Shown in pieces: positions 9,478-17,628 of a stretch of 37,374 bases of DNA. Position numbers and translations under genes: made by a program. Origin of the DNA: a virus (taxonomy: Duplodnaviria > Caudoviricetes); IMG/VR virus record IMGVR_UViG_3300027640_000010, positions 1 through 37,374 of that record; one strand, given 5' to 3'. Each line of letters opens with the position of its first letter. The stretch's first letter is position 1. The notes under the pieces are model-generated. The model did not search any database and was not told the origin of the DNA. It was given only the letters and a program-made list of their open reading frames with translations.

Positions 9478-9731
9478 ATCTCTACATCACCTTCATAGGC
9501 TACAGGCGGCGCTACTCTGAAAAGTACCTCCTGGCCGTCCTGCATAATACCTTTTAGGCCTATGCGGTCATTTTTAAAATTAAGGTTGGTCGCGAAGTCA
9601 GTAACATTATCCTTATCCCTATGGGCCAGGATAATTACGTAGTCGCCCTGGTCTATAAACTCGCATAACTCCGCTTTTAACTGGTCTTTGGTAAGCTGGT
9701 CGCGGGCTTTAAATTGCTTTATTTCGGCCAA
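9474..9731 (-). CDS. Hypothetical phage protein
   Basis: 85 aa, TTG start, coupled to neighbours. Confidence 0.6.
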   Translation of the reverse strand: MAEIKQFKARDQLTKDQLKAELCEFIDQGDYVIILAHRDKDNVTDFATNLNFKNDRIGLKGIMQDGQEVLFRVAPPVAYEGDVEI

Positions 9732-9911
9732 TTATTCCACCCCCGCCAGTTTTCGCATTTCCTTATAACTTAAATGGGCGTAGTCTGCCCAGGTAAGCCC
9801 TTTAGCCTTCAGCATTTCTTTTACTTCGGCCAGGGTAGGCTTTCGGGTATCAAATCGCCCACATTTTAAAGCCTGGTCTACGCGGTCTTCGACGCTCCGA
9901 TAAAGGCCCAC
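9732..9911 (-). CDS. Hypothetical phage protein (59 aa)
   Basis: GTG at 9911 overlaps the upstream TAG; this is the 3' part of the listed 101-aa ORF. Confidence 0.55.
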   Translation of the reverse strand: MGLYRSVEDRVDQALKCGRFDTRKPTLAEVKEMLKAKGLTWADYAHLSYKEMRKLAGVE

Positions 9912-10087
9912 TATTCCCCGCCCCCTTCCAGGGCTTCCCGCAGCTGGGGCCAGGTCTTGCCCAGCAGGGTACGCGGCGTAGTCTTGCAGGCCCGGCATAT
10001 TTCGCCTATGGTCGGGGTTCGCCCTTCGTCCAGGCATTTACCGACATACAATAAAAGGCGCTTTTCCTTAGCTTTCAGCTTCGGCAT
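9911..10087 (-). CDS. Small LexA-N-like winged-helix protein (58 aa; absent from the ORF track)
   Basis: MPKLKAKEKRLLLYVGKCLDEGRTPTIGEICRACKTTPRTLLGKTWPQLREALEGGGE; TAATG overlap with terS and TAGTG overlap downstream. Confidence 0.6.
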   Translation of the reverse strand: MPKLKAKEKRLLLYVGKCLDEGRTPTIGEICRACKTTPRTLLGKTWPQLREALEGGGE

Positions 10088-10842
10088 TATTCGCGGCCCC
10101 CCTCCCCTTCCCGGGTCTGCGGCTGGCGACTTCCCCAGGCTACCGTTACTTTGCCATGGGAGGCGGCCCGCAGTTCGGCGTTAATCTGCTCCAGCAGGCC
10201 CCCGCCGCCTTCAGGATTAATCAGCCGGTTATGTTTCTCAATAAGACGGCTTAACGTGTTTAGGGCGCGGTCTAATACGCGGTCGTCAGCACTTCCAGCG
10301 TGGTAGTAGGAACGTTCGCCCTGGGCCTTAAACCATACCCGGGTAGCGCCTTCGCCGCCAGCCTCCCGTATTTCGTTCCACTTGTCCAGGTACCGTATAA
10401 TCTTAGCCTTTAACATGTAAATTTCATGTTCCAGGGCCAGGCTTTTAGTTTCTATAAGGTCTTCGTACGCGGCCCGTTCATCGTCGCTAAGTACGTCGCT
10501 GTATATGCCATGTTTACGCCCATTTTGTGTGCTTCTCGCCTTTCCTTCTTCGGTTACAGGGCCGGTAGACATGCCCCCGCAGTACCGGCAACGGCCATAC
10601 CCTGGGTGCGCGGTACGGTACCCGGCCAGGGCGCGGCAATAATGGGGCGCGGTCTGCTTATTAGCCCCGCATAGCAGCACGGCCCGCCCGTTTCGGTTTT
10701 CTACCCTGTTTTTATCGTCGGCGTAAGGGTGTAGCCTTCGCTTTATATCCAGGTCGTACGGGTCGATATGACTGCCCCAGGGTATAATAATTTCTTCGTT
10801 TGAGTGGGCCGGTCGCTTGTCTTTCCTGTCTTTTTTAGCCAA
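10087..10842 (-). CDS. terS: Terminase small subunit, HGGxSTG-domain type
   Basis: 'CGA...C...GRCRYCGGMSTGP.T.EGK....N..KHGIYS' motif; first gene of the late operon; AAAGGAGG RBS with TTG start. Confidence 0.8.
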   Translation of the reverse strand: MAKKDRKDKRPAHSNEEIIIPWGSHIDPYDLDIKRRLHPYADDKNRVENRNGRAVLLCGANKQTAPHYCRALAGYRTAHPGYGRCRYCGGMSTGPVTEEGKARSTQNGRKHGIYSDVLSDDERAAYEDLIETKSLALEHEIYMLKAKIIRYLDKWNEIREAGGEGATRVWFKAQGERSYYHAGSADDRVLDRALNTLSRLIEKHNRLINPEGGGGLLEQINAELRAASHGKVTVAWGSRQPQTREGEGGRE

Positions 10843-10914
10843 TTAAAGCGCCCTCCTTTCTGGCGAAGGTCAAATAAAGTCAGGGCCGATAATAAACGTT
10901 ATGTACACTTCCAT

Positions 10915-10958
10915 AAAATACGAAAAGCAGTAAACTAGGCAATCCTAGAATACTGCTT
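10915..10958 (-). terminator. Terminator in the late-operon leader
   Basis: AAGCAGTA..CTAGG/CCTAG..TACTGCTT hairpin followed by a U-rich run on the minus strand. Confidence 0.65.
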
Positions 10959-11061
10959 AACTTTTACGCTGCATTACGCTGATTTTAGAAAGTATACGTA
11001 TAACCGCTTACCATATTATGGTTATTCTTCTACGCCCCGCATAAAATTGCTCATTTACACA

Positions 11062-11090
11062 AATATACCAGAGCATACTATAAAAGTAAA
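11062..11090 (-). promoter_or_regulatory. Candidate late promoter (sigma-A type, extended -10)
   Basis: TTTACT-17 nt-TATATT, with TG at the extended -10 position. Confidence 0.55.
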
Positions 11091-11242
11091 CTGTTTATGC
11101 CGGTTTCAGAAGCCCGGGCCGCGAAATAAACGAGCGCCCCGGGCTTTTAAAAACATCTTCGGTTTTATCCTAGCGGATAAAACTTCCATCATACAAATAA
11201 CATAACATATATTCCCTAAGCATGTCAAATTTTGTCGAATAG

Positions 11243-11611
11243 CTACTTCACAATCTCCTTTAATAAAGCTGCATAATTTATTAGCCGCCCGTTAACCCGC
11301 TTATAAATAAAGTCTACCGCCAGCCCGCAGCGTCTGTAATACTCCGATTTACTGACGCCTATTAACCTTAACGTAACCCCCAGCGGCTTTTTTTCTATCC
11401 AGCGGCAATTAACGCATAAGCGCAGCTGCCCGGGCAGCGCTTTTATGGCCGCCTCCAGCATGATTAAATTTAAGCGCCTGCCGCTTACCCCGTCATAGGG
11501 CTTTACGCCAGCGTTCAGGCCTATGTAATCGTCGGGCTTCCCACCTTCAACCAGTGCATGATAATTATCCAGCCAGGCCCTTACAGCCTTTTTGCTTACC
11601 TCATCACGTAT
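11243..11611 (-). CDS. Late transcriptional regulator (ArpU/RinA/sigma region-4-like), probable non-canonical start
   Basis: The 72-aa ORF frame stays open to about 11611 (IRDEVSKKAVRAWLDNYHAL...); GGGGG RBS about 7 nt before ATA; C-terminal HTH 'IGVSKSEYYRR'; sits just upstream of terS. Confidence 0.65.
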   Translation of the reverse strand: MRDEVSKKAVRAWLDNYHALVEGGKPDDYIGLNAGVKPYDGVSGRRLNLIMLEAAIKALPGQLRLCVNCRWIEKKPLGVTLRLIGVSKSEYYRRCGLAVDFIYKRVNGRLINYAALLKEIVK

Positions 11612-11624
11612 TAAACATCCCCCT

Positions 11625-11706
11625 TATAGGTATTAATAATACCTATACTATTAATAAATAATAAATAATAAATAATAAATAATTTATATTATATATAAAT
11701 ATATAT
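11625..11706. repeat. AT-rich tract: 10-bp inverted repeat plus (TAATAAA)x4.5; candidate origin/DUE
   Basis: TATAGGTATT-AAT-AATACCTATA (11625-11647); tandem TAATAAA from 11652; ATTTATAT/ATATAAAT inverted repeat at 11682-11700. Confidence 0.7.
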
Positions 11707-11886
11707 GGGTTCTTAAAAGTTAAGGGGGTATAAAAGTTTTTACAGACGCTGTAATACATTCCCCTTTCCTACCCCCTCCTAAAATTTAAGCCCTTATATA
11801 TTTCTCACACCCTGCAGAATCGACCCCCGTATTTCGTCATTTTCGGCCAAAAAACGCCATTTATTTAACTCCATATTCCTACAGTG

Positions 11887-12180
11887 TTACGTCTTCCGTT
11901 TACTCGCTGTAGCTCCCGTTTTCTTCTGTTTTCGTTTTTCGGCCCGCGTAGCTGCTTTCGCCTCGGCCTCCTGTGCCGCTTTATAATACCGGCAATATTC
12001 GTAACGACCGCCGCAGTATTGTTTAATCCAGGCGTCCCTAAACAGCTTTAACCACCCCGGGCCGCAAACTTCGTTGCTATACCCCTTTGGTTCGCCGCTG
12101 GTGTTACACATTATCCCGTAGTAGTGCATACCCATTGTTATTTTTTCATAGTACGGGCAATTACCCCTTGCTAGTGCCAC
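11887..12180 (-). CDS. Hypothetical Cys-containing phage protein
   Basis: 97 aa; CPYY...C...C..YC pattern; GGGGG RBS. Confidence 0.65.
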   Translation of the reverse strand: MALARGNCPYYEKITMGMHYYGIMCNTSGEPKGYSNEVCGPGWLKLFRDAWIKQYCGGRYEYCRYYKAAQEAEAKAATRAEKRKQKKTGATASKRKT

Positions 12181-12213
12181 GTTAACCCCCCGTTTCGTTA
12201 TATTTTCTTTAAA

Positions 12214-12402
12214 TTAGTCAATAACACTCCATCCAGCTTTCCAAACGTTGCCCGTCATTGTAGTGAATCGGGCTTCAAAGTTATATCCGTCTTCGGTAAG
12301 CATTTTGCCGTCTACGATATGGATAAATTCATTATCCGAAAAGTACCTATGTTTTACCTTTTGTCCTTGTTCCATAGCTTTCCTAGCTTCTTCCTTGGTC
12401 AT
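12214..12402 (-). CDS. Small protein, weakly DUF2829/Tad2-like
   Basis: 'MTKEEARKAMEQGQKV' N-terminus and terminal 'GWSVI'; GGAGG RBS. Confidence 0.5.
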   Translation of the reverse strand: MTKEEARKAMEQGQKVKHRYFSDNEFIHIVDGKMLTEDGYNFEARFTTMTGNVWKAGWSVID

Positions 12403-12526
12403 TGTATTTATTTGCAGCCTCCTTACTTATACTTTTATCCGTGACCGGCTGTAAGAAAGCCAGCCGGTCGGCCATCTTCATAGTACGTATTTGCTTAGGC
12501 TTTGGGCGCCTGTTTTTTCGTCCCAT
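12383..12526 (-). CDS. Small basic hypothetical protein (47 aa; absent from the ORF track)
   Basis: MGRKNRRPKPKQIRTMKMADRLAFLQPV...; GGGGG RBS; fills the gap between neighbours. Confidence 0.45.
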   Translation of the reverse strand: MGRKNRRPKPKQIRTMKMADRLAFLQPVTDKSISKEAANKYNDQGRS

Positions 12527-12529
12527 AAG

Positions 12530-12781
12530 TCAGCCCCCTAAAAGGTCGTATATGTTAGCCCTTACTATTTCTAAGTGGGCCTTTGCCGTAAGGTGTGCGG
12601 CTAATTCCAGCCGGTCGTAAGCGTTTACGTTCGCGGCTGCCGTTTCTATTATTCCGTCAGTTCGTCGCATGGCAATAATCATGCAATCATAGGCGCGGTT
12701 TTCAGTCTCCCGTTTTATCTGTTCAAGTAAATCCGCAATATGTTCATGGGGCGGCTTATGCAGTACTACGATTTTACCCAT
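12530..12781 (-). CDS. Hypothetical phage protein
   Basis: Likely start MGKIVV at 12781 (TAATG coupling). Confidence 0.6.
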   Translation of the reverse strand: MGKIVVLHKPPHEHIADLLEQIKRETENRAYDCMIIAMRRTDGIIETAAANVNAYDRLELAAHLTAKAHLEIVRANIYDLLGG

Positions 12782-13467
12782 TACGGAAATCCCTTCCAAT
12801 CTTTAAATGCCTTCGCGGTCTTTTTCCCTGGGGGCAACTCCCGGGTTTCTTCCTGCTCTTTACGTAGTTCCCCTAAAAAGTCTTCTACGTACTCTACCGC
12901 CTGGTCGTAGGTCATATCGGCAAGCAGCGGCAAGTGTTGTACCGTTTCAAAATGGGCGCCTTGTTTGCCTGCCACAGTGCTTACTACGCCGGATACCGCC
13001 GTAGCACTTAACGCCTCTAAAAAAGGCGCTCCGTCGATTTTCAAGGGTACGTATACGAATAATAGGGGATTAGTCGAATTTATGGCCTGGTCGGGTTCCT
13101 CCAGGTATCCATACCGCAGGCCTTCTACCCGTATTTCGTGACCCAGGTAGTATATTTTTTCGTCAAAGGGTACGGGGCCTAAAAAGGCATGTACACTGTT
13201 ATCTGCCCGGGCGTCGTTCTCTTGGGCTTCCTCCACCTGGGTACTGTCCATGTAGCGGGCCTTTATATGCCGTACCTTTGCCATAGCCCCTATATAAAGG
13301 GCTTCGTTAGGGTTTAAAAATACTTCGCCTTTGTCTATAGTCTGCCTTACGAATTCTACGACCCCTTCTAAAGCAGCTTCGGGGGCTAGGTTATCTTCGG
13401 CCCTGGGTGCCGGTAAAAGGACGTTATAAAGGGTGCCGTCGTCGGTTTTAAGCTCTACCTGTATCAT
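12781..13467 (-). CDS. Hypothetical phage protein
   Basis: 228 aa, AAGGAG RBS, in the operon. Confidence 0.7.
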   Translation of the reverse strand: MIQVELKTDDGTLYNVLLPAPRAEDNLAPEAALEGVVEFVRQTIDKGEVFLNPNEALYIGAMAKVRHIKARYMDSTQVEEAQENDARADNSVHAFLGPVPFDEKIYYLGHEIRVEGLRYGYLEEPDQAINSTNPLLFVYVPLKIDGAPFLEALSATAVSGVVSTVAGKQGAHFETVQHLPLLADMTYDQAVEYVEDFLGELRKEQEETRELPPGKKTAKAFKDWKGFP

Positions 13468-13471
13468 GGTT

Positions 13472-13792
13472 TCAATCTCCTTCCGCTAAAGCTCTGGCTT
13501 CGTTAACTGGCATACCTACGACGCCCGGGCTTTTATCGCTATCGGTGGCCTCAAAATGGGCGTTTTCATGCTGCGGGTACATGAATTCAATCATGGCAAA
13601 ATTGGCTACGTCTACCAGGTATTCAGTGTTCCCGGTTTCCTTATACATCTGCAGGCGCTTTTCCAGGCTGGCTACCGCTTTTACGTATTTATTGCCGTAG
13701 TTTTCCTTTATGGGGCCGTACTTATAAAAGCTCATAGCCATTCTATTTTTACGTAGTTCGTCGAAACGGTCGCTGTATTCGGTATTTAACAT
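13472..13792 (-). CDS. Putative MazG-like/all-alpha dNTP pyrophosphohydrolase relative
   Basis: 'YKYG' ... 'SLEKRL...TGNTEYLVDVANFAMIEF' helical pattern reminiscent of phage dATP/dGTP diphosphohydrolase-like proteins. Confidence 0.45.
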   Translation of the reverse strand: MLNTEYSDRFDELRKNRMAMSFYKYGPIKENYGNKYVKAVASLEKRLQMYKETGNTEYLVDVANFAMIEFMYPQHENAHFEATDSDKSPGVVGMPVNEARALAEGD

Positions 13793-13804
13793 TCAACTAT
13801 CCCC

Positions 13805-14221
13805 CTACGTATTAGTTACTACGCCCAGGGCAGCCCCCAGCGCTATAATAACCACGGCGGCCAGGTAAAGCGCTCTACGTAGTTTAACCGCGTGGCGCTG
13901 GGCCGTTGTTTGGCCCGCGAAGGTTGCTTTGCTTACCAATTTTTCGGCCTCCCAGCCTTTTTTATAGGCGGCTGCGTGGTTTTCTGCCCGGGCTAATTTG
14001 TATTCCAGGCTGGCTATTTCGTCCTGGGCGTTTGATAACTCCAGTTTTGCGGTCATAACTTCGCCTTCCGTTTTGCGTCGGGCTGCGGTCTTCTTCGTTT
14101 TTCTACTACTCATGCGCTCTAATCGCCCCTTTAATCTCGTAATTATGTTACGTAGTCGTTCTACCTCTCTGTCCTTTAAACGCCGTCTATAAGGCTTTTG
14201 TACCTGCTTTTTATGTCTCAT
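13805..14221 (-). CDS. Basic coiled-coil protein with C-terminal transmembrane anchor
   Basis: Ends in hydrophobic 'ALYLAAVVIIALGAALGVV'. Confidence 0.65.
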   Translation of the reverse strand: MRHKKQVQKPYRRRLKDREVERLRNIITRLKGRLERMSSRKTKKTAARRKTEGEVMTAKLELSNAQDEIASLEYKLARAENHAAAYKKGWEAEKLVSKATFAGQTTAQRHAVKLRRALYLAAVVIIALGAALGVVTNT

Positions 14222-14227
14222 GGTTCT

Positions 14228-14815
14228 TTACCTTGCCAGGGCTTCAATAAACGCCCGGGCCAGTTCTAGCCGTTCTACAGGCGTACCATGGGCTACCAGT
14301 ACAGGTACATTTGTCAAACGGTTAATAAATCCGTATATAGCCTGGTCGGTGCGTTCTCTGGCGGCCTGGTCGCGCTCCTTCCAGGGGGCGCCGTCGTCGG
14401 GGGCGAAGTCCAGGGGGCAGTATATAATCATGTCGTACGCTTTTTGCGCCCAGGTAAAGGCGGTATCTATGTAAGGGTCTACATAGTCTTTCCGCATAAT
14501 GCCGCGCTGCAGAAAATAGGGTATATAGTCTATGGTCGTCCTTTCGGCTACGTAGCCCACGCCCGCCAGCTGCAGCGCTCTTTCCTGGTATATTTGGCCG
14601 AACATGACGGCATATTGAAAGGCTAAGGCTCCCGCCAGGCCGTGGGTGTCTTTGTAGCTTTCAAAGCCCATGGCCTGGCCGGTATCCTGTATATGGCTGG
14701 GTAGGAACGTAAGCCCTGCTTTTCTTGCCAGGGCCTGGCCTAACGTGCCTTTACCGGTACCCCCGGCGCCGGTAAGCCCGATACGTACGGGTTTTTTAAT
14801 ACCAGTACTTTCCAT
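14228..14815 (-). CDS. P-loop nucleoside/nucleotide kinase (AAA_28, NadR/Ttd14-like)
   Basis: 'IGLTGAGGTGKGTL' Walker A; 'VAERTTID'; 'YD.IIY.P.DF...DDG..R' pattern. Confidence 0.75.
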   Translation of the reverse strand: MESTGIKKPVRIGLTGAGGTGKGTLGQALARKAGLTFLPSHIQDTGQAMGFESYKDTHGLAGALAFQYAVMFGQIYQERALQLAGVGYVAERTTIDYIPYFLQRGIMRKDYVDPYIDTAFTWAQKAYDMIIYCPLDFAPDDGAPWKERDQAARERTDQAIYGFINRLTNVPVLVAHGTPVERLELARAFIEALAR

Positions 14816-15011
14816 CGTCTTTACCCTCCATTTTTTCGCGGTATTCGGCCCGCATTTGTTTTAATTCTTTAATTAGCCGGTCGGCCTCCGTGTAGGACAG
14901 GGCTTCTAAATCCACTTCGCAGGCCTGGCCCATATCCCGGTACAGGTCTTTTATAAACTGCTGCATTTCTGGCGTTGGCTTATTATGGCCTTGAGAGTGT
15001 TTCATAGCCAT
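14796..15011 (-). CDS. Hypothetical phage protein
   Basis: 71 aa, GGAGG RBS. Confidence 0.6.
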   Translation of the reverse strand: MAMKHSQGHNKPTPEMQQFIKDLYRDMGQACEVDLEALSYTEADRLIKELKQMRAEYREKMEGKDDGKYWY

Positions 15012-15217
15012 TTTTTCATTACCTCCCTGTAGGCATCCTGGGCGTATTTGCTAAGGGGCCGCTGGGGTATTTGTAGTTTGGCTAGCCGTCTTTTGCTATC
15101 TTTTCGGCCCATAGTCACGCCCCAATATAAAACGCTGTATGGTTCTAACGTGTCAGGCCTTACCAATCCACATAAAGCCTTCAAACGTACTACCGGGGCT
15201 TTCTTTTGATAAAACAC
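15002..15217 (-). CDS. Hypothetical phage protein
   Basis: 71 aa, AGGAGG RBS, directly after polA. Confidence 0.6.
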   Translation of the reverse strand: MFYQKKAPVVRLKALCGLVRPDTLEPYSVLYWGVTMGRKDSKRRLAKLQIPQRPLSKYAQDAYREVMKKWL

Positions 15218-15218
15218 G

Positions 15219-17609
15219 CTACGCCCTCCTGTCTTCCAGCCATTTCTTAGGGTCTTGTTTTTCGTTCCAACGGTACCCTACCGACGCTTCGGCCTCAATA
15301 GGTACCGGGAAGTCGGGCAGCGGGGGTATTTCCATGGTAGCCTTAACCCATTGCCAGGCTTTCTTTACTACGTCGGGGTCGTCGTCCATTTCGAAAATAA
15401 TTTCATCGTGTATCTGTGCAATCATGTCTGTACGCCCATGCTGTAGGGTGCCGGTACCCCGCCCTATTTCGTCGTATACGGCGTTTTGACAGCGTTTCAT
15501 AATTTCGGCGGCGCTGCCCTGAATAGGCGTATTCGCGGCCCGCCGTTCGTCCTGGCCCCGGGCGTATTTATCGGTACTGTTAAGGTGTGGTAACATGCGC
15601 TTATAGCCGTAAATTGCTTCTACGTAGCCTTTTTCCCGGGCCTCTAAAACTATGTCGCGTTGGTATGTAGGTATCCCGGGGTAGGCCGTTTTAACAGCCT
15701 GTACTAGTTCGTAACATTCGTCCAGGGTCTTCCTCATTAGGTAGTCAGTTTTAAAAGTTTTCTGTAAAGCGTGTTCTGTGCCGCCGTAGCAAATACCGAA
15801 GTTCGCGGGCTTTGCGTCTTGCCGTTCTTTTTTCGTTACCTGGTCTTCGGGCTTCCCGGTGGCTACCGACGCAGTACGTCGGTGCATATCCCCGCCACTG
15901 TTGAAAATATCAATCATAACGCTGTCATGGCTGCGCCAAGCCATAAGGCGAAGCTCGAAGCCTGAAAAGTCTATAAAGAAAAGGATTTTCCCCGGCGCCG
16001 GTACGTAAAAGCTACGTATTTTAAAGTCGTCGTTATCAGGGCGGGGTACGTTTTGGCCGTTCGGGTTATGGCTTTCCAGCCTGGCCGTTCGTGTCCAGGG
16101 TGAATACTGCGCGTGGATTCGCTTGCTTACTTCGTGTAAGTACTTTTCCCGCCCGTTGATATGGGCCGATAAAAGGGTACTGTACTTCTGTATTTTTTGC
16201 AGCTGGTCTAAAAGGGATATACCGGCTTCTTTATATGGGTGCGGTTCGCGCTGCGCTATACGTATAGCGCCCCTGGCCTTTTTGTCTAACCCGGGGTCTT
16301 TGTCGGGGTCTACACTTTCCCAGCCTTCGGGCAGCGGTACGGCTAAGTATTTTTCTTCGTCTATGCTGATTAGCTTGTTTTCCAGCATAAACCGCATATC
16401 TATTATGGCTTCTTCGTCCAGGCTGGCCCCGGTCTTACCCCATTTAGCAGCCGGTAGCTTCATTTGGTCGAATATGACGGCCTTTACTTCGTTGGTCTTT
16501 CCAGACTTACCGGGGTTTACGTCCAGGTCTAGGGCCTCTTTACATATCCGCTTTATTTCCTCGGCGGCCTTCTCCTGGGCTATTTCGGCTTCCTCCTTGC
16601 GTACCTGGGCTAAGTCCGTATCCCAGGCCATGCCCCAATACTGCATAAGGCCTATAACCCTACCAAACGGCATTTCTATTCCGTGCAGCCATTCGCTGTA
16701 ATTCGTATATAGGGGGTTGTCGTTTGGTATCTGCCGGGCTATTTCGTTCCAGTAAAGGTACAGCTGTACGGCGTAATCGCTGTCCTCTGCGCTGTATCCC
16801 AGGGCGTCGGGTTCGTCCGCGCTTATTTCATCGAAGAAATTAACGCCGTATTTGTCCAGCAGTTTTTTATAATCGCCCATCTTTACGCCCAGGTACTTGA
16901 AAGCCGTTGGTTTAAGGCCCAGGCCCGCCGTGGGCTTTTTCGGATCTTTGATTTTACCGGGGGCCGCTACCTGCAGTACCCGCGTCCACATTACCAGGGG
17001 GTCGGCTACGGGCGGTAAAATATACTTTGCGTGTTTGGCGCTAAACATTGTTTCGAAGGCCAGGTTAACGGCTATTTTTACTATTTTCGGGTTTTTAAAA
17101 AATAGCCGGTCTACCGTATCCATTACCAGCTTACGGGCCGCCTCGCGTGATAGTTGCGGCTCAAATATACGGCCTGCTTTGTGGCTTATAAATATTACCC
17201 GGGCTTCGTGGGGCGCTGCAGCCAGGCTAAGGGTGCATATGTCGGCCTTCCAGGGGTCTAGGGGGTTATCCCGGGCCGGTTCCTGGCCGGTTTCATTTCC
17301 TTCCTTGTCATATACCGGCCTGGTACGATGTCCTTCATCGGCTGCGGTTTCGTAGTCAAAGCCTCCTAGACCCGTTTCCTCGCAACGCTGCAGGTAACTT
17401 TCAAGCTGGGCCAACGTCGTTATGGCGTGGTAATCCTTTACCTGCTGTACGGGCAGTTTAGGCCAGGTTATGCCGAAGTCTCCAGGCTTTTTCTTTGTGG
17501 CGTTTATAAGGGCCTGGGTGCTGCTTTTAAGGGAAGACCCCGGCGCGTCTTCTTTACGCGGGGGTCTTGCTAATGTTTTGGGTTGTCCGAAAAGGCTACC
17601 TAGTTTCAT
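15219..17609 (-). CDS. polA: Family A DNA polymerase with 3'-5' exonuclease domain
   Basis: ExoI 'DYET', ExoIII 'YSAED', motif A 'DFSGFELR', motif B 'RQDAKPANFGICYG', motif C 'QIHDE'. Confidence 0.96.
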   Translation of the reverse strand: MKLGSLFGQPKTLARPPRKEDAPGSSLKSSTQALINATKKKPGDFGITWPKLPVQQVKDYHAITTLAQLESYLQRCEETGLGGFDYETAADEGHRTRPVYDKEGNETGQEPARDNPLDPWKADICTLSLAAAPHEARVIFISHKAGRIFEPQLSREAARKLVMDTVDRLFFKNPKIVKIAVNLAFETMFSAKHAKYILPPVADPLVMWTRVLQVAAPGKIKDPKKPTAGLGLKPTAFKYLGVKMGDYKKLLDKYGVNFFDEISADEPDALGYSAEDSDYAVQLYLYWNEIARQIPNDNPLYTNYSEWLHGIEMPFGRVIGLMQYWGMAWDTDLAQVRKEEAEIAQEKAAEEIKRICKEALDLDVNPGKSGKTNEVKAVIFDQMKLPAAKWGKTGASLDEEAIIDMRFMLENKLISIDEEKYLAVPLPEGWESVDPDKDPGLDKKARGAIRIAQREPHPYKEAGISLLDQLQKIQKYSTLLSAHINGREKYLHEVSKRIHAQYSPWTRTARLESHNPNGQNVPRPDNDDFKIRSFYVPAPGKILFFIDFSGFELRLMAWRSHDSVMIDIFNSGGDMHRRTASVATGKPEDQVTKKERQDAKPANFGICYGGTEHALQKTFKTDYLMRKTLDECYELVQAVKTAYPGIPTYQRDIVLEAREKGYVEAIYGYKRMLPHLNSTDKYARGQDERRAANTPIQGSAAEIMKRCQNAVYDEIGRGTGTLQHGRTDMIAQIHDEIIFEMDDDPDVVKKAWQWVKATMEIPPLPDFPVPIEAEASVGYRWNEKQDPKKWLEDRRA

Positions 17610-17628
17610 AGTTCTACCCCTCCAGGTT

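Noticed and set aside
9732-10037. 101-aa ORF as listed in the track
   Set aside because: Its 5' half overlaps a better-coupled 58-aa gene in another frame; the true start is probably GTG at 9911.
11652-11683. CRISPR array or DGR repeat
   Set aside because: A simple 7-mer tandem without spacers; no cas or reverse transcriptase gene in the window.
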